From: Candidatus Methylomirabilota bacterium
GTDB lineage: Bacteria; Methylomirabilota; Methylomirabilia; Methylomirabilales; 2-02-FULL-66-22
NCBI GenBank assembly: GCA_016209735.1
Contig: JACQVN010000030.1
Coordinates: 3,265 to 67,264 of the forward strand
Direction of reading: 5' to 3'
DNA length: 64,000 nt
Numbering within the stretch: position 1 is the stretch's first letter; each line of letters starts with the position of its first letter. Positions 1 to 11,020 of the stretch are shown here, piece by piece. The position numbers and the translations under genes were made by a program. The notes under the pieces were generated by a model. The model searched no databases. It saw only the letters and a program-made list of their open reading frames with translations, and had not been told where the DNA came from.

Positions 1-156
1 TTCATCGGGCACACGCTGGCCATCCACAACGGGAAGAAATTCATCCCCGTTTACATCACCGAGAACATGGTCGGCCACAAGCTGGGGGAATTCTCGCCGA
101 CCCGCACCTTTCGCGGGCACAGCGCCGCCACCACCAAGTCGACGGCGCTGAAATAG
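1..156 (+). CDS. rpsS: 30S ribosomal protein S19 (3' part, truncated by window edge)
   Basis: Frame 1 reads [30 protein letters not shown], stop TAG 154-156; precedes rplV. Confidence 0.97.
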   Translation, partial: FIGHTLAIHNGKKFIPVYITENMVGHKLGEFSPTRTFRGHSAATTKSTALK

Positions 157-179
157 GGCCGGAGAGGTTGGGGACAACG

Positions 180-527
180 ATGGCAGAGGCCAAAGCGGTT
201 GCGCGTTTCGTCCGAGTACCCGCCCAGAAGGCGCGGCTGGTGGTGGATCTGATCCGGGGGCGGGACGTGAACAGCGCCCTGCTCCGGGTCCAGCTCAACA
301 AGCGGGCGGGCGCCCGGATCGTGGAGAAGATCCTGCGATCCGCCATGGCCAACGCCAGCCAGAACCACGGGGTGCGGGACGTGGACCGGCTGCTGGTGGC
401 CGAGGCCACGGTGGACGAGGGGCCCACCGTGAAGCGCATCCAGCCGCGGGCCATGGGCCGCGCCTACCGCGTCCGCAAGCGGTCCAGCCATATCACCATC
501 GTCCTCCGGGAACGCGAGGACGTCTGA
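180..527 (+). CDS. rplV: 50S ribosomal protein L22
   Basis: [11 protein letters not shown]...PRAMGRA...SHITIV; operon position. Confidence 0.97.
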   Translation: MAEAKAVARFVRVPAQKARLVVDLIRGRDVNSALLRVQLNKRAGARIVEKILRSAMANASQNHGVRDVDRLLVAEATVDEGPTVKRIQPRAMGRAYRVRKRSSHITIVLREREDV

Positions 528-592
528 GTCGGCTGCCCGCCCGGTGGCGCGCCCGTGGCGCGGCCTGGGGTCCGGGCGCACGGGAGGTCGGT

Positions 593-1330
593 GTGGGACA
601 GAAGACGCACCCCCTGGGATTCCGCCTGGGAGTCATCAAGACCTGGCGCTCGCGCTGGTACGCGGGCCGCAACTTCGCCGAGGTGCTGCACGAGGATCTC
701 AAGCTGCGCCGGTACATCAAGGAGCGGCTGTACCACTCCGGTGTCTCGCGCATCGAGATGGAGCGCAAGGCGGACCAGGTGCGCATCATCATCCACGCCG
801 CCCGCCCGGGCATCATCATCGGCAAGAAGGGATCGGAGGTGGAGAAGCTGCGGGGGGAGCTGGGCCGCCTCACCAAGAAGGAGGTCCGGCTGGACATCGA
901 CGAGGTGCGCAAGGCCGAGACGGACGCCCAACTGGTGGCCGAGAACATCGCCCAGCAGTTGGAGCGGCGCGTGGCCTTCCGCCGGGCGATGAAGAAGGCG
1001 GTCCAGTCGGCGCTGCGACTGGGGGCCCAGGGGGTCAAGGTGGCCTGCGCCGGACGGCTGGCCGGGGCGGAGATCGCCCGCTCGGAATGGTACCGCGAGG
1101 GCCGGGTGCCCCTCCACACCCTGCGGGCGGACATCGACTTCGGGACCGCCACGGCCCGGACGACCTACGGGTGCATCGGCGTGAAGGCCTGGGTCTTCCA
1201 CGGCGAGGTGCTGCCGGAGACCCTGGGGGTGGAGACTAAGCCGCCGGAGCGGTTGCGGGATCTCCGCGTGCCCTCGGATCGGCCTCGCCGCCGCCGTGCC
1301 CCGGGGGCCCCGCCCGCGGCCCGGCCTTGA
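593..1330 (+). CDS. rpsC: 30S ribosomal protein S3
   Basis: [13 protein letters not shown]; [13 protein letters not shown]. Confidence 0.98.
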   Translation: MGQKTHPLGFRLGVIKTWRSRWYAGRNFAEVLHEDLKLRRYIKERLYHSGVSRIEMERKADQVRIIIHAARPGIIIGKKGSEVEKLRGELGRLTKKEVRLDIDEVRKAETDAQLVAENIAQQLERRVAFRRAMKKAVQSALRLGAQGVKVACAGRLAGAEIARSEWYREGRVPLHTLRADIDFGTATARTTYGCIGVKAWVFHGEVLPETLGVETKPPERLRDLRVPSDRPRRRRAPGAPPAARP

Positions 1331-1353
1331 GCGTGGCGCCGGAGGAGTAACCC

Positions 1354-1776
1354 ATGCTGGTACCGAAGCGTGTGAAATTCCGCAAGCAGCAGCGGGGACG
1401 GCGATCCGGGATCGCCACGCGGGGCAGCGCGCTGGCCTTCGGCGAGTACGGCCTGAAATCGCTGGAGGCGGCCTGGATCACGAACCGGCAGATCGAGGCG
1501 GCCCGCCGGGCCATGACCCGCTACGTCAAGCGGGGCGGGAAGGTCTGGATCCGCATCTTCCCGGATAAGCCCATCACCGCCAAGCCGGCCGAGACCCGCA
1601 TGGGCAAGGGGAAGGGGGCTCCGGAGGGCTGGGTGGCGGTGGTCAAGCCGGGGCGAATCCTGTACGAGATGGAAGGGATACCCGAGGCCGAGGCCAAGGA
1701 GGCCATGCGCCTGGCCGCCATGAAGTTGCCCATCGCCACCCGCTTCGTGTCCCGGAAAGTTTTGGGGGGCGTGTGA
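1354..1776 (+). CDS. rplP: 50S ribosomal protein L16
   Basis: [16 protein letters not shown]; RMGKGKG. Confidence 0.98.
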   Translation: MLVPKRVKFRKQQRGRRSGIATRGSALAFGEYGLKSLEAAWITNRQIEAARRAMTRYVKRGGKVWIRIFPDKPITAKPAETRMGKGKGAPEGWVAVVKPGRILYEMEGIPEAEAKEAMRLAAMKLPIATRFVSRKVLGGV

Positions 1777-1976
1777 TGAAATATGCCGAGCTCACGGACC
1801 AGAGCGGGGAGGAGCTCCGCCAGAAGGAGGCGGCGCTCCGGGACGAACTGTTCAAGCTGCGCCTGCGCCAGGCGAGCTCGCAGGTGGAGAACCCGATGCG
1901 CATCCGGGCGCTACGCCGGGATATCGCGCGCGTGCTGACGGCCCGGCGCGCCCTGGCGGCAAAGGGGGGAGGCTAA
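1776..1976 (+). CDS. rpmC: 50S ribosomal protein L29
   Basis: ELFKLR...[18 protein letters not shown]. Confidence 0.96.
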   Translation: MKYAELTDQSGEELRQKEAALRDELFKLRLRQASSQVENPMRIRALRRDIARVLTARRALAAKGGG

Positions 1977-2237
1977 ATGGCGGAGGAGCGTGGTCGTCGG
2001 CAGGCGACGGTGGGGACCGTCGTCAGCGACAGGATGCAGAAGACGGTGGTGGTCGAGATCCTCCGTACCGAGCGCCACGCCACCTACGGCAAGATGGTCC
2101 GGCGAAAGACCCGGGTCAAGGCCCACGACGAGGGGGGCAGGTGCCACCTCGGTGACCGGGTGCGGCTGATGGAGACTCGGCCGCTGTCCAAGGAGAAGCG
2201 CTGGCGGGTCGTCGAGATCGTGGGGCGCGCGGTGTAG
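1977..2237 (+). CDS. rpsQ: 30S ribosomal protein S17
   Basis: [14 protein letters not shown]; [11 protein letters not shown]. Confidence 0.97.
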   Translation: MAEERGRRQATVGTVVSDRMQKTVVVEILRTERHATYGKMVRRKTRVKAHDEGGRCHLGDRVRLMETRPLSKEKRWRVVEIVGRAV

Positions 2238-2238
2238 G

Positions 2239-2273
2239 CCGGATTCCTCACGAAGGAACCGTGAGGAATCCGG
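2239..2273. repeat. Intergenic hairpin between rpsQ and rplN
   Basis: ccggattcctcacg-N7-cgtgaggaatccgg, perfect 14-bp stem, no U-tract. Confidence 0.6.
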
Positions 2274-2292
2274 ACGCGGGGTGAGGGGCAGC

Positions 2293-2661
2293 ATGATCGG
2301 CTTGCGAACCATCCTGGATGTGGCGGACAACTCGGGGGCCAAGCGCATCTCGCTCATCAAGGTGCTGGGCGGCTCCGCGAAGCGGTACGCTCGCCTCGGC
2401 GACATCATCGTGGCCAACGTGAAGGAGGCGGTCCCCGAGGGCTCGGTGAAAAAGGGGAGCGTGGTGAAGGCGGTGGTGGTGCGGACCACCAAGGAGAAGC
2501 GGCGGCCGGACGGCACGTACATCAAGTTCGACCGCAACGCCGCCGTGCTCATCAACGACAACCATGACCCCGTCGGGACGCGGATCTTCGGCCCCGTGGC
2601 GCGCGAGCTGCGCGAGGCCCGGTTCATGAAGATCATCTCCCTGGCGCCGGAAGTGATTTGA
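2293..2661 (+). CDS. rplN: 50S ribosomal protein L14
   Basis: VADNSGAK; [13 protein letters not shown]; ISLAPEVI. Confidence 0.98.
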   Translation: MIGLRTILDVADNSGAKRISLIKVLGGSAKRYARLGDIIVANVKEAVPEGSVKKGSVVKAVVVRTTKEKRRPDGTYIKFDRNAAVLINDNHDPVGTRIFGPVARELREARFMKIISLAPEVI

Positions 2662-2698
2662 CCGTCCCGCGGACGTCGCGGGGGGTGCGAGGTTTCCC

Positions 2699-3028
2699 AT
2701 GGGCGTGGGACATCGGCTGGCGGTCCGCAAGAACGATCTGGTGGAAGTGATCGCCGGGAAGGACAAGGGGAAGCGCGGCAAGGTGCTCCGCGTGCTCCCC
2801 AAGCTGGACAAGGTCCTGGTGGAGAAGATCAACTTCGTGAAGCGCCATGCCAAGCCGGGCCGCTTCGGCCAGCGGGGAGGGATCCTGGAGCGGGAGAACC
2901 CGCTCCATGTGTCCAATCTCCAACTGGTGTGCGGCAAGTGCGATAAGCCGGTGCGGGTCGGTCGAACAGAGCTGGCGGACGGTCGGACGGTCCGCGTGTG
3001 CCGCGCCTGCGGCGAGACGATGGATTAG
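2699..3028 (+). CDS. rplX: 50S ribosomal protein L24
   Basis: [16 protein letters not shown] motif; LHVSNL. Confidence 0.97.
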   Translation: MGVGHRLAVRKNDLVEVIAGKDKGKRGKVLRVLPKLDKVLVEKINFVKRHAKPGRFGQRGGILERENPLHVSNLQLVCGKCDKPVRVGRTELADGRTVRVCRACGETMD

Positions 3029-3031
3029 GCC

Positions 3032-3685
3032 ATGGCAGACAAGGCAGAGCGCAAGGCCAAAGCAACGGCCAGGCCGGAGAAGGGGGAGAAGGGGGAGGCG
3101 AAGAAGGGCCCGGCCGCAGCGGCCGCTCCCGTCGCCCCCCGGGTCCCGGCCCGGCTGCGGGAGCGCTACCGGCGGGAAGTGATCCCGGCCCTGATCCGGC
3201 AGTTCAACTACCGGAACCCGATGCAGGTCCCCAAGGTGGTGAAGGTGGTCCTCAATATGGGGCTGGGGGAGGCGGTGGGAAACGCCAAGGTGGTCGAGAC
3301 CGCCGTGGCGGAGATGGCGTCCATCGCCGGCCAGAAGCCCGTAGTGACCCGCGCCAAGAAGTCCGAGGCGGGCTTCAAGCTACGCGCCGGGATGCCCATC
3401 GGGTGCAAGGTGACGCTGCGCGGCGAATCGATGTATGAGTTCCTGGACCGGCTCCTGTCGGTGGCCCTGCCCCGCATCCGGGACTTCCGCGGCGTCCCCA
3501 CCCGTTCCTTCGACGGGCGGGGAAACTACGCCCTGGGCATCCGGGAGCAGCTCATCTTCCCGGAGATCCGCTACGACAAGGTGGAGATGACGCGGGGGAT
3601 GGACATCTGCGTCGAGACTTCGGCCAATTCCGACGAGGAGGCCCTGGCGCTCCTGCAGCACCTCGGCTTTCCCTTCCGGAAGTAG
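3032..3685 (+). CDS. rplE: 50S ribosomal protein L5 with Lys/Ala-rich N-terminal extension
   Basis: LPRIRDFRG; FDGRGNY; EQLIFPEI. Confidence 0.98.
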   Translation: MADKAERKAKATARPEKGEKGEAKKGPAAAAAPVAPRVPARLRERYRREVIPALIRQFNYRNPMQVPKVVKVVLNMGLGEAVGNAKVVETAVAEMASIAGQKPVVTRAKKSEAGFKLRAGMPIGCKVTLRGESMYEFLDRLLSVALPRIRDFRGVPTRSFDGRGNYALGIREQLIFPEIRYDKVEMTRGMDICVETSANSDEEALALLQHLGFPFRK

Positions 3686-3697
3686 GCAGGGGGGACC

Positions 3698-3883
3698 ATG
3701 GCCAAGACGTCGCTCATCCTGAAGCAGCAGCGGCCGCCGAAGTTCGGCGTCCGGCGCTACCACCGGTGCCGGATCTGCGGGCGGCCCCGGGGTTACCTGC
3801 GGAAGTTCCAGATGTGCCGGGTCTGTTTCCGGAACCTGGCCCTCCGGGGGGAGATCCCCGGGGTCCTCAAGGCCTCCTGGTAA
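3698..3883 (+). CDS. rpsN: 30S ribosomal protein S14 (short Zn-binding type Z)
   Basis: 61 aa, CRICGRPRG...CRVCFR. Confidence 0.97.
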   Translation: MAKTSLILKQQRPPKFGVRRYHRCRICGRPRGYLRKFQMCRVCFRNLALRGEIPGVLKASW

Positions 3884-3949
3884 GTCGCGGTCCGGCGTCC
3901 TCCCGAGGGCGCCCAGGCCGACCGCGGCGAGAGGGGAGTGGAGTCACGC

Positions 3950-4348
3950 ATGGCAATGACAGACCCGATCGCGGACATGCTCACCCGGATACGCAACGCC
4001 AACCAGGCGCTTCTGGAGCGGGTGGACATCCCGGCTTCGCGGCACAAGGTCGAAATCGCCAAGCTCCTCAAGGCCGAGGGGTTCATCCGCACCTTCAAGC
4101 AGATCGATGACCGCCGGCAGGGGATCCTGCGGGTCTACCTGAAATACGGGGCGGGGAATGAAAGGGTCCTGCAGGGGATCCGGCGGGTCAGCAAGCCGGG
4201 GTTACGGGTCTACCGGAAGGCCGCCCAGGTGCCGGCGGTGTACAGCGGGCTGGGGGTCTCCCTGGTCTCCACGTCGCACGGGGTCATGACCGGCAAGGAG
4301 GCGCGCGAAAGACGGCTCGGCGGCGAGGTCCTCTGCTACGTCTGGTGA
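3950..4348 (+). CDS. rpsH: 30S ribosomal protein S8
   Basis: [15 protein letters not shown]; SKPGLRVY; GGEVLCYVW. Confidence 0.98.
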   Translation: MAMTDPIADMLTRIRNANQALLERVDIPASRHKVEIAKLLKAEGFIRTFKQIDDRRQGILRVYLKYGAGNERVLQGIRRVSKPGLRVYRKAAQVPAVYSGLGVSLVSTSHGVMTGKEARERRLGGEVLCYVW

Positions 4349-4417
4349 GGCGGCCGGCAGTCCGGTGAGGGCACTCTGCCTCCCGGGGGCTGCCACCGCG
4401 GCGGGAGTGAAGCGAGC

Positions 4418-4957
4418 ATGTCACGGATCGGGAAGCTCCCCATCGCAATTCCCCGGGCCGTCACCGTCCGGGTGGACGGCCAGACTATCTCCGTGCAGGG
4501 CCCGAAAGGGAAACTCGACCTGACGGCGCACCCCGCGGTCAGCGTGGCGGTCCAGGAGCAGGAGGTGCGTTGCCAGCGGGCCAGCGATGAGCGCGCCCAC
4601 AAGGCGCTGCACGGGCTGACCCGCAGTCTGATCGCCAACATGGTGGAGGGGGTCACCCAGGGGTTCGAGCGGCGGCTCGAGCTGGTGGGGGTCGGGTACC
4701 GTGCCCAGATGCTGGGCCCGAGCCTGAGCCTGGCCCTGGGCTACTCCCACCCCATCGTCTTCCCGGTGCCGCCCGGGATCAAGATCGAGGTGAAGGACCA
4801 GACCCAGATCACCGTGAGCGGCATCGACAAGCAGTTGGTGGGTGCGGTGGCCGCCAAACTGCGCAGCTTCCGGCCTCCCGAGCCGTACAAGGGGAAAGGG
4901 GTCAAGTACGCCGAGGAGCGCATTCGCCGGAAGGCGGGCAAGACCGGCGCCAAGTGA
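4418..4957 (+). CDS. rplF: 50S ribosomal protein L6
   Basis: MSRIGKLPI; RPPEPYKGKG. Confidence 0.98.
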   Translation: MSRIGKLPIAIPRAVTVRVDGQTISVQGPKGKLDLTAHPAVSVAVQEQEVRCQRASDERAHKALHGLTRSLIANMVEGVTQGFERRLELVGVGYRAQMLGPSLSLALGYSHPIVFPVPPGIKIEVKDQTQITVSGIDKQLVGAVAAKLRSFRPPEPYKGKGVKYAEERIRRKAGKTGAK

Positions 4958-5097
4958 TTTTTGCGCTCGCGCACAAAAATAAATTTAGGGACCCAGGGAA
5001 GGCTTTTGTGATTTTTTGGGCGCGCAGCGCGGAAGAACCGAAAGGGAGGAGTATCAAGAACCCCTTTTAGTTTTTGCGCGCGCAGCGCGCAAAAACT
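4955..5097. repeat. Three degenerate copies of palindrome family TGGTTYTTGCG-Nn-CGCAARAACCA
   Basis: Copies at 4955-4980, 5009-5039, 5069-5097 in the rplF-rplR gap. Confidence 0.7.
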
Positions 5098-5107
5098 GAG
5101 GAGCGAC

Positions 5108-5476
5108 GTGGGACGGGAAGCGGAGAAACGGGCGGCGAGGATGCGACGGCACGAGCGCGTGCGGCGGACGATCCGCGGGACGGCGGAGCGGCCCCGCCTC
5201 TCGGTCTTCAAGAGCCTCAACCACATCTACGCCCAGCTCATCGACGACGAGGTGGGACGCACCCTGGTGGCGGCCTCGACGCTGTCCAAGGAGCTCAAGG
5301 CCTCCGAAGCTCGGGTGAAAAAGACCGAGGCGGCCAAGGCGGTCGGTGCGCTCATCGCCGAACGGGCAATGGCGGCGAACATCCAGGTGGTGGTCTTCGA
5401 CCGGGGGGGATATCCCTACCACGGCCGAATCAAGGCCCTGGCCGGCGCCGCCCGCGACAGGGGGTTGCGATTCTGA
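5108..5476 (+). CDS. rplR: 50S ribosomal protein L18
   Basis: [16 protein letters not shown]; [16 protein letters not shown]. Confidence 0.97.
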   Translation: MGREAEKRAARMRRHERVRRTIRGTAERPRLSVFKSLNHIYAQLIDDEVGRTLVAASTLSKELKASEARVKKTEAAKAVGALIAERAMAANIQVVVFDRGGYPYHGRIKALAGAARDRGLRF

Positions 5477-6021
5477 TGGGTACCGTGCAGACGGTCCAGC
5501 GTATCGATCCGGAGGGGCTCCATCTGGTGGAGCGGGTGGTCCACATCAACCGGGTGGCCAAGGTCGTGAAGGGCGGACGCCGCTTCAGTTTCAGCGCCCT
5601 GGTGGTGGTGGGCGACCAGGCGGGCCACGTGGGCGTGGGGCTGGGGAAGGCCAACGAGGTGCCCGAGGCCATCCGGAAGGGCATCGAGGAGGCCAAGAAG
5701 GGCCTGGTGCGCGTGGTCCTCAGGGACAGCACCATTCCTCACGAGATCCTGGGCTGCTACGGTGCCGGACAGGTGCTGTTGAAGCCCGCCTCCCCCGGGA
5801 CGGGGATCGTGGCCGGCGGCGCGGCCCGCGCCGTGCTGGAGGTCGCCGGGGTGCGAGACGTCCTGTCCAAGTCGCTCGGGTCGGACAACCCCCACAACGT
5901 GGTCAAGGCCACCCTCACCGGCTTGTCCCTCCTCCGGGACGTGGCCGAGACGGTGCGGCGAAGGCGGCGTGAGGCGACCCCGGCGGCGGCAGCCGCCCAG
6001 TCCGAGGGAGGCCAGGCATGA
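5476..6021 (+). CDS. rpsE: 30S ribosomal protein S5
   Basis: [24 protein letters not shown]; ATG overlaps the rplR stop. Confidence 0.98.
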   Translation: MGTVQTVQRIDPEGLHLVERVVHINRVAKVVKGGRRFSFSALVVVGDQAGHVGVGLGKANEVPEAIRKGIEEAKKGLVRVVLRDSTIPHEILGCYGAGQVLLKPASPGTGIVAGGAARAVLEVAGVRDVLSKSLGSDNPHNVVKATLTGLSLLRDVAETVRRRRREATPAAAAAQSEGGQA

Positions 6022-6251
6022 GCGCTTGGCTCCGCATCACCCAGCGCCGGAGCCGGATCGGCTCGACGCCCGGACAGCGCAAGACCCTGGACGGGCTGGG
6101 GCTCCGGCGGATCGGTTCGAGCGTGGTGCGGCCGGATACCCCGGCCATCCGGGGGATGGTCTTCAAGGTGTGCCACCTGGTGAGCGTCGAGGCCGCCGCC
6201 CTTCCGGCGGGCCGCGGGGCGGCCGGGCCAGGCCAGGGTGCGGGAGCATGA
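6018..6251 (+). CDS. rpmD: 50S ribosomal protein L30
   Basis: RSRIG...[10 protein letters not shown]...[16 protein letters not shown]. Confidence 0.95.
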   Translation: MSAWLRITQRRSRIGSTPGQRKTLDGLGLRRIGSSVVRPDTPAIRGMVFKVCHLVSVEAAALPAGRGAAGPGQGAGA

Positions 6252-6694
6252 AGCTGCATGAGTTGAAGCCGGCGGCGGGGTCACGCCACCGCAAGAAGAT
6301 CGTCGGTCGCGGTCCCGGATCGGGGCACGGCCAGACGTCCGGGCGTGGGGAGAAGGGCCAGAAGTCCCGGTCGGGCGGCGGCAGCCATCCCTGGTTCGAG
6401 GGGGGCCAGCTCCCGCTGCATCGGCGGGTCCCCAAGCGGGGGTTCGTCAATATCTTCCGTCAGGTCGTCGCCATCCTGAACGTGGGAGATCTGGAGCGAT
6501 TCGCCCCGGGCACGGCCGTGAGCCCGACGAGCCTCCAGGAGGCAGGCCTGGTGCCCGCCTCGGCGACCGCGGTGAAGATCCTCGGCAACGGGACCTTGAG
6601 CAAGGCACTCACGGTGACGGCCCACCGGTTCTCCAAGGGCGCCGCAGCCAAGATCGAGGCCGCCGGCGGCCGTGCCGAGGTCATCGCCGCGTGA
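6248..6694 (+). CDS. rplO: 50S ribosomal protein L15
   Basis: [22 protein letters not shown]; [17 protein letters not shown]. Confidence 0.97.
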   Translation: MKLHELKPAAGSRHRKKIVGRGPGSGHGQTSGRGEKGQKSRSGGGSHPWFEGGQLPLHRRVPKRGFVNIFRQVVAILNVGDLERFAPGTAVSPTSLQEAGLVPASATAVKILGNGTLSKALTVTAHRFSKGAAAKIEAAGGRAEVIAA

Positions 6695-7998
6695 TCGAGC
6701 AGATCCAGAACATCTTCCGGGTCCCCGAACTGAAGCGCCGGGTGCTGTTCACCTGCGCCCTGCTCATCGTCTATCGGATCGGGGCGCACATCCCGACCCC
6801 CGGCATCGATGCGCATGCCTTGAAGCTGTTCTTCGATCAGCAGGCGGGAAACCTGCTGGGCTTCTTCGACCTGTTCTCGGGAGGGGCCCTGCGCCGGCTC
6901 TCGGTCTTCGCTCTGGGAATCATGCCCTACATCTCCGCCTCCATCATCCTGCAGCTCCTGGCGGTGGTCGTGCCGGCCCTGGAGAAGCTCCAGAAGGAGG
7001 GGGAGCAGGGTCGGAAGAAGATCACCCAGTACACCCGCTACGGGACGGTGTTCCTCTCGGCGGTGCAGGGGCTGGGGATCGCCGTGGGCCTGGAGGGGAT
7101 GCAGATCAAAGGGGCGGCGGTGGTGCCCCAGCCCGGCTGGGGCTTCCGGCTGCTCACCACCATCACCCTCACCGCCGGGACCATCTTTCTCATGTGGCTC
7201 GGAGAGCAGATCAGCGAGCGGGGCATCGGCAACGGCATCTCGCTCCTGATCTTCGCGGGCATCATCGTGCGCCTGCCCGAGGCCATCGTGGCCTCCTGGA
7301 CGCTGATCTCGCAGGGGGAGATGAACGTCCTGGTGTTCCTGCTGCTCCTGGTCATCATGGTGGCCGTGGTGGCGGGGGTCATCCTGATGACCCTGGGCCA
7401 GCGGCGCATCTCGGTGCAGTACGCCAAGCGGGTGGTCGGGCGGCGGGTCTACGGGGGACAGAGCACCCATATTCCCCTGCGGGTGAACACGGCCGGGGTC
7501 ATTCCCGTGATCTTCGCCAGCTCCATCATCGCCTTTCCGGCGACCATCGCCCAGTTCGTGCCACACCCCTGGGCGCAGGCGGTTTCCTCCTGGCTGCAGT
7601 TTGGCGGCGTGCCGTACACCCTCCTGTATGCCGGGGGGATCATCTTTTTCACCTACTTCTACACGGCCATCATCTTCAATCCGACCGACGTGGCCGACAA
7701 CATGAAGAAGTACGGCGGCTTCATCCCCGGCATCCGCCCGGGCAGCAAGACGGCCGAGTTCATCGAAAAGATCCTGGACCGGATCACCCTGGTGGGGGCC
7801 CTGTACCTGGCGGGGATTTCCATCCTGCCGGAGATCATGATCACGCAACTCAACGTGCCGTTCTACTTCGGTGGCACCTCCCTCTTGATCGTGGTCGGCG
7901 TGGCGCTGGACACGGTCCAGCAAGTCGAGTCTCACCTGCTCATGCGGCACTACGAGGGCTTCCTGAAGAAGGCGCGGGTGCGGGGGCGCATCTCCTAG
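6691..7998 (+). CDS. secY: Preprotein translocase subunit SecY
   Basis: [13 protein letters not shown]; GIGNGISL; [12 protein letters not shown]. Confidence 0.99.
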   Translation: MIEQIQNIFRVPELKRRVLFTCALLIVYRIGAHIPTPGIDAHALKLFFDQQAGNLLGFFDLFSGGALRRLSVFALGIMPYISASIILQLLAVVVPALEKLQKEGEQGRKKITQYTRYGTVFLSAVQGLGIAVGLEGMQIKGAAVVPQPGWGFRLLTTITLTAGTIFLMWLGEQISERGIGNGISLLIFAGIIVRLPEAIVASWTLISQGEMNVLVFLLLLVIMVAVVAGVILMTLGQRRISVQYAKRVVGRRVYGGQSTHIPLRVNTAGVIPVIFASSIIAFPATIAQFVPHPWAQAVSSWLQFGGVPYTLLYAGGIIFFTYFYTAIIFNPTDVADNMKKYGGFIPGIRPGSKTAEFIEKILDRITLVGALYLAGISILPEIMITQLNVPFYFGGTSLLIVVGVALDTVQQVESHLLMRHYEGFLKKARVRGRIS

Positions 7999-8025
7999 CC
8001 TCACGCCGGAAGCGGAGGAGGCGAC

Positions 8026-8670
8026 ATGCGGATCGTGCTGCTGGGCCCCCCGGGTTCGGGCAAAGGAACGCAGGCCAAAGTGCTCACGGAGCGGCTCAAG
8101 GTTCCCCAGATCTCGACCGGGGACATGCTGCGGGCTGCGGTGGCGGCCGGCACCTCCCTCGGACGCGAGGCCAAGGCCGTCATGGAGCGAGGCGCCTTGG
8201 TACCGGACGCGGTGATCGTCGGGCTGGTGCGGGAGCGGATCGCCCAGACGGACTGCCGGACGGGCTACATCCTGGACGGCTTTCCCCGCACAGCGGCCCA
8301 AGCCGAAGCCCTGGACACGATGCTGAGGGAGCTCCAGACGCCCCTGGATTCTGTGCTCAGCCTCACGGTTCCCGCCGAGGAGGTGGTGGAGCGGATCGCC
8401 GGACGCCGGACCTGCCGGGGTTGCGGGCGGATGTACCACATCCGCTACTCCCCAACGAAGGAGGCCGGTCGCTGCGACGCCTGCGGCGGCGAGACCTACC
8501 AGCGGGACGACGACGGGGAGGAGACCGTGCGCCGCCGGATGCAGGTCTACACCGAGCAGACAGCGCCCCTGGAGGCCCACTACGAGCGGCAGGGGCTCCT
8601 CAGGCGTGTTCCCGGCACCGGGCGGATCGGGGAGATCACCGAGCATCTGCTCCAGACTCTGGGCGTCTGA
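8026..8670 (+). CDS. adk: Adenylate kinase (Zn-LID type)
   Basis: GPPGSGKGTQ; ISTGDMLR; LDGFPRT; CxxC..CxxC. Confidence 0.98.
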   Translation: MRIVLLGPPGSGKGTQAKVLTERLKVPQISTGDMLRAAVAAGTSLGREAKAVMERGALVPDAVIVGLVRERIAQTDCRTGYILDGFPRTAAQAEALDTMLRELQTPLDSVLSLTVPAEEVVERIAGRRTCRGCGRMYHIRYSPTKEAGRCDACGGETYQRDDDGEETVRRRMQVYTEQTAPLEAHYERQGLLRRVPGTGRIGEITEHLLQTLGV

Positions 8671-8673
8671 ACG

Positions 8674-9450
8674 ATGCAGGAACGGATCATCCTGAAGGCT
8701 CCCTGGGAGCTGGAGATTCTGCGCCGCAGCAACCGGCTGGTGGCCGAGGCGCTCCAGGAGTTGATCGGGATGGTCCGGCCGGGCGTGACCACGCTGGAGC
8801 TGGATCGCTTTGCCGAGGCGTATCTTGTCCGGCGGGGCGCCCGACCGGCGTTCAAGGGGTACCGGGACTACCCGTTCACGCTGTGCACGTCGGTGAACGA
8901 GGTCGTGGTCCACGGCCTGCCGTCGGCCAAGCCCCTCCGGGCGGGCGATATCCTCAGTCTGGACATGGGGGCGGTGGTGGACGGCTACTACGGGGACGCG
9001 GCCGTGACCGTCCCGGTGGGGCCGATCTCCCCCGAGGCGGCCCGGCTCCTCCAGGTGGGACGGGAGTCCCTGGGGCGAGCCATCGCCGCGACCCAGCCGG
9101 GGGCCAGGTTGACGGATATCTCGCGGGCGATCCAGACCCACGTGGAGGCCCAGGGGTGCTCGGTGGTGCGGGTTTTCGTGGGGCACGGGATCGGCCGGGC
9201 CCTGCACGAGGCGCCGCAGATTCCTAACTTCGTGGAGCCGGGGCAGGGACGGGGGCCCGTGCTGAAGCCCGGGATGGTGCTGGCCATCGAGCCCATGATC
9301 ACTGCCGGCGGGCCGGAGGTGAAGGTGCTGGAGGACCGCTGGACGGCGGTGACGGTGGACGGCTCCCTGGCGGCTCATTTCGAGCATACCGTGGCGCTCA
9401 CGGAGCGCGGGACCGAGGTCCTGACGGCCGGGGATGGGCATTCGGGGTGA
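8674..9450 (+). CDS. map: Methionine aminopeptidase type I
   Basis: SVNEVVVHGLP; GHGIG..LHEAP; AHFEHT. Confidence 0.98.
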   Translation: MQERIILKAPWELEILRRSNRLVAEALQELIGMVRPGVTTLELDRFAEAYLVRRGARPAFKGYRDYPFTLCTSVNEVVVHGLPSAKPLRAGDILSLDMGAVVDGYYGDAAVTVPVGPISPEAARLLQVGRESLGRAIAATQPGARLTDISRAIQTHVEAQGCSVVRVFVGHGIGRALHEAPQIPNFVEPGQGRGPVLKPGMVLAIEPMITAGGPEVKVLEDRWTAVTVDGSLAAHFEHTVALTERGTEVLTAGDGHSG

Positions 9451-9486
9451 GGCGCGGGCGGGCGACCCGCGGGGGATGGCAGGCGA

Positions 9487-9705
9487 ATGGCCAAAGAAGA
9501 GGCGGTGGAGGTCGAAGGCACGGTGGTGGAGCCTCTCCCCAACGCCATGTTCCGTGTCGAGCTGGAGACCGGACACAAGGTTCTGGCCCACATCTCCGGC
9601 AAGATGCGGATGCACTTCATCCGGATCCTGCCCGGGGATCGAGTGATCGTCGAGCTGTCCCCCTACGATCTCACCCGGGGGCGAATCATCTACCGCTACA
9701 AGTAA
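9487..9705 (+). CDS. infA: Translation initiation factor IF-1
   Basis: [11 protein letters not shown]; AHISGKMR; [10 protein letters not shown]. Confidence 0.99.
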   Translation: MAKEEAVEVEGTVVEPLPNAMFRVELETGHKVLAHISGKMRMHFIRILPGDRVIVELSPYDLTRGRIIYRYK

Positions 9706-9772
9706 TCCCGGCGTGCCCTGCCGGGCCTGAGGGAAGCGGCGGGGCGGCGGGGACGGGAGGGCAGGTGCGCGG

Positions 9773-9886
9773 ATGAAGGTGCGGTCGTCGGTGAAACCGA
9801 TGTGTGAGAAGTGCAAGATCATCAGGCGCAAAGGGGTCATCCGGATCCTGTGCGAGAACCCCAAGCACAAGCAGCGGCAGGGGTGA
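9773..9886 (+). CDS. rpmJ: 50S ribosomal protein L36 (below ORF-track cutoff)
   Basis: [37 protein letters not shown]. Confidence 0.98.
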   Translation: MKVRSSVKPMCEKCKIIRRKGVIRILCENPKHKQRQG

Positions 9887-9890
9887 TCCC

Positions 9891-9985
9891 AATGCGGAAT
9901 GCGGAATGGCGAATGCGGAATGCGAGGCGGAGCGGTGCGGGGGCGGGTCCTCATTCCGCATTCCGAATTCCGCGTTCCGCATTCC
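9891..9985. repeat. Inverted heptamer tandem arrays (AATGCGG)x5 ... (CATTCCG)x5
   Basis: Read directly between rpmJ and rpsM. Confidence 0.85.
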
Positions 9986-10001
9986 AGGGTAGGAGGCGGA
10001 T

Positions 10002-10397
10002 GTGGCCAGAATAGCGGGGGTGGATCTGCCCCGGGAGAAGCGGCTGGAGGTGGCGCTGACCTACATATTCGGGGTCGGCCGCTCCCTGTCCAGGCGGATC
10101 CTGAGCGAGGCGGAGGTCAGCGAGGATGTCCGGGTGAAGGATCTGACGGAAGATCAGGTCAACAAGCTTCGCCGGGTGATCGAGGGCGGATACCGGGTCG
10201 AGGGGGATCTGAAGCGCCAGGTCTCCATGGACGTGAAGCGGCTGATGGACATCGGCTGCTACCGCGGCCTCCGCCACCGGCGGGGGCTCCCCGCCCGCGG
10301 GCAGCGCACGCGCACCAACGCCCGGACCCGCAAGGGCCCGCGGCGCGGCGTGGGCGTCAAGAAGTCCGGCAAGGCGACCCCGGCGGCGAAGTCGTAG
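10002..10397 (+). CDS. rpsM: 30S ribosomal protein S13
   Basis: [10 protein letters not shown]; [14 protein letters not shown]. Confidence 0.98.
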   Translation: MARIAGVDLPREKRLEVALTYIFGVGRSLSRRILSEAEVSEDVRVKDLTEDQVNKLRRVIEGGYRVEGDLKRQVSMDVKRLMDIGCYRGLRHRRGLPARGQRTRTNARTRKGPRRGVGVKKSGKATPAAKS

Positions 10398-10528
10398 CCC
10401 GGATGCTTCGCCAAAAGACGGCGAAGAATCCGGGCTTAAGCGGCATCCGAATCCGTCCGGGGCCGGCGGCTCCGAGGGTTTCTGTTAAGCCCGCATGATC
10501 CCCGGCAGTTTGGTGAATCATGCGGGCT
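10394..10528. repeat. Pair of REP-like hairpins between rpsM and rpsK
   Basis: GTAGCCCGGAT..ATCCGGGC (10394-10435) and AGCCCGCATGAT..ATCATGCGGGCT (10488-10528). Confidence 0.6.
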
Positions 10529-10539
10529 GGAGGGAGGGA

Positions 10540-10944
10540 ATGGCGACACCGACGAAGCGACCGGCGCCCGTCCGGCCCGGCAAGAAGGAAGGCCGCGGAG
10601 TCACCCACGGCATCGCCTGCGTTCAGGCGACGTTCAACAATACCATCGTGACCATCACCGATGGGGCCGGCAACGTCGTCACCTGGGCCAGCGCGGGCAG
10701 CGTGGGGTTCAAGGGATCGCGCAAGAGCACCCCGTTCGCGGCCCAGATGGCGGCAGAGAGCGCCGCGCAGAAGGCCATCGGACAGGGCCTGAAGGAGGTG
10801 CGGGTTTTTGTGAAGGGGCCGGGGGCCGGTCGGGAAGCGGCAATCCGCTCCCTCCAGGCGGCCGGGTTGGAGATCACGGCCATCAAGGACGTCACCCCGA
10901 TTCCCCACAACGGCTGCCGCCCCCGGAAACGGCGGCGAGTCTAG
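10540..10944 (+). CDS. rpsK: 30S ribosomal protein S11
   Basis: [11 protein letters not shown]; [14 protein letters not shown]; [12 protein letters not shown]. Confidence 0.98.
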   Translation: MATPTKRPAPVRPGKKEGRGVTHGIACVQATFNNTIVTITDGAGNVVTWASAGSVGFKGSRKSTPFAAQMAAESAAQKAIGQGLKEVRVFVKGPGAGREAAIRSLQAAGLEITAIKDVTPIPHNGCRPRKRRRV

Positions 10945-11020
10945 GAGAGCGTGCTGCCGTTGTGCCGGGGCCCCCGGGGGGCCCCGGCACCGCGGGAGCG
11001 CCGCCCAAGGAGTAGGGTCC

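Noticed and set aside
6460-9954. Very long antisense ORFs (e.g. 1164 aa; also 14689-17418, 19211-22156, 47360-49954)
   Set aside because: Shadow frames of GC-rich genuine genes on the opposite strand; no motifs.
10962-10990. Perfect 14-bp GC palindrome between rpsK and rpsD
   Set aside because: Real but single-copy in the window and low complexity; no function can be supported.
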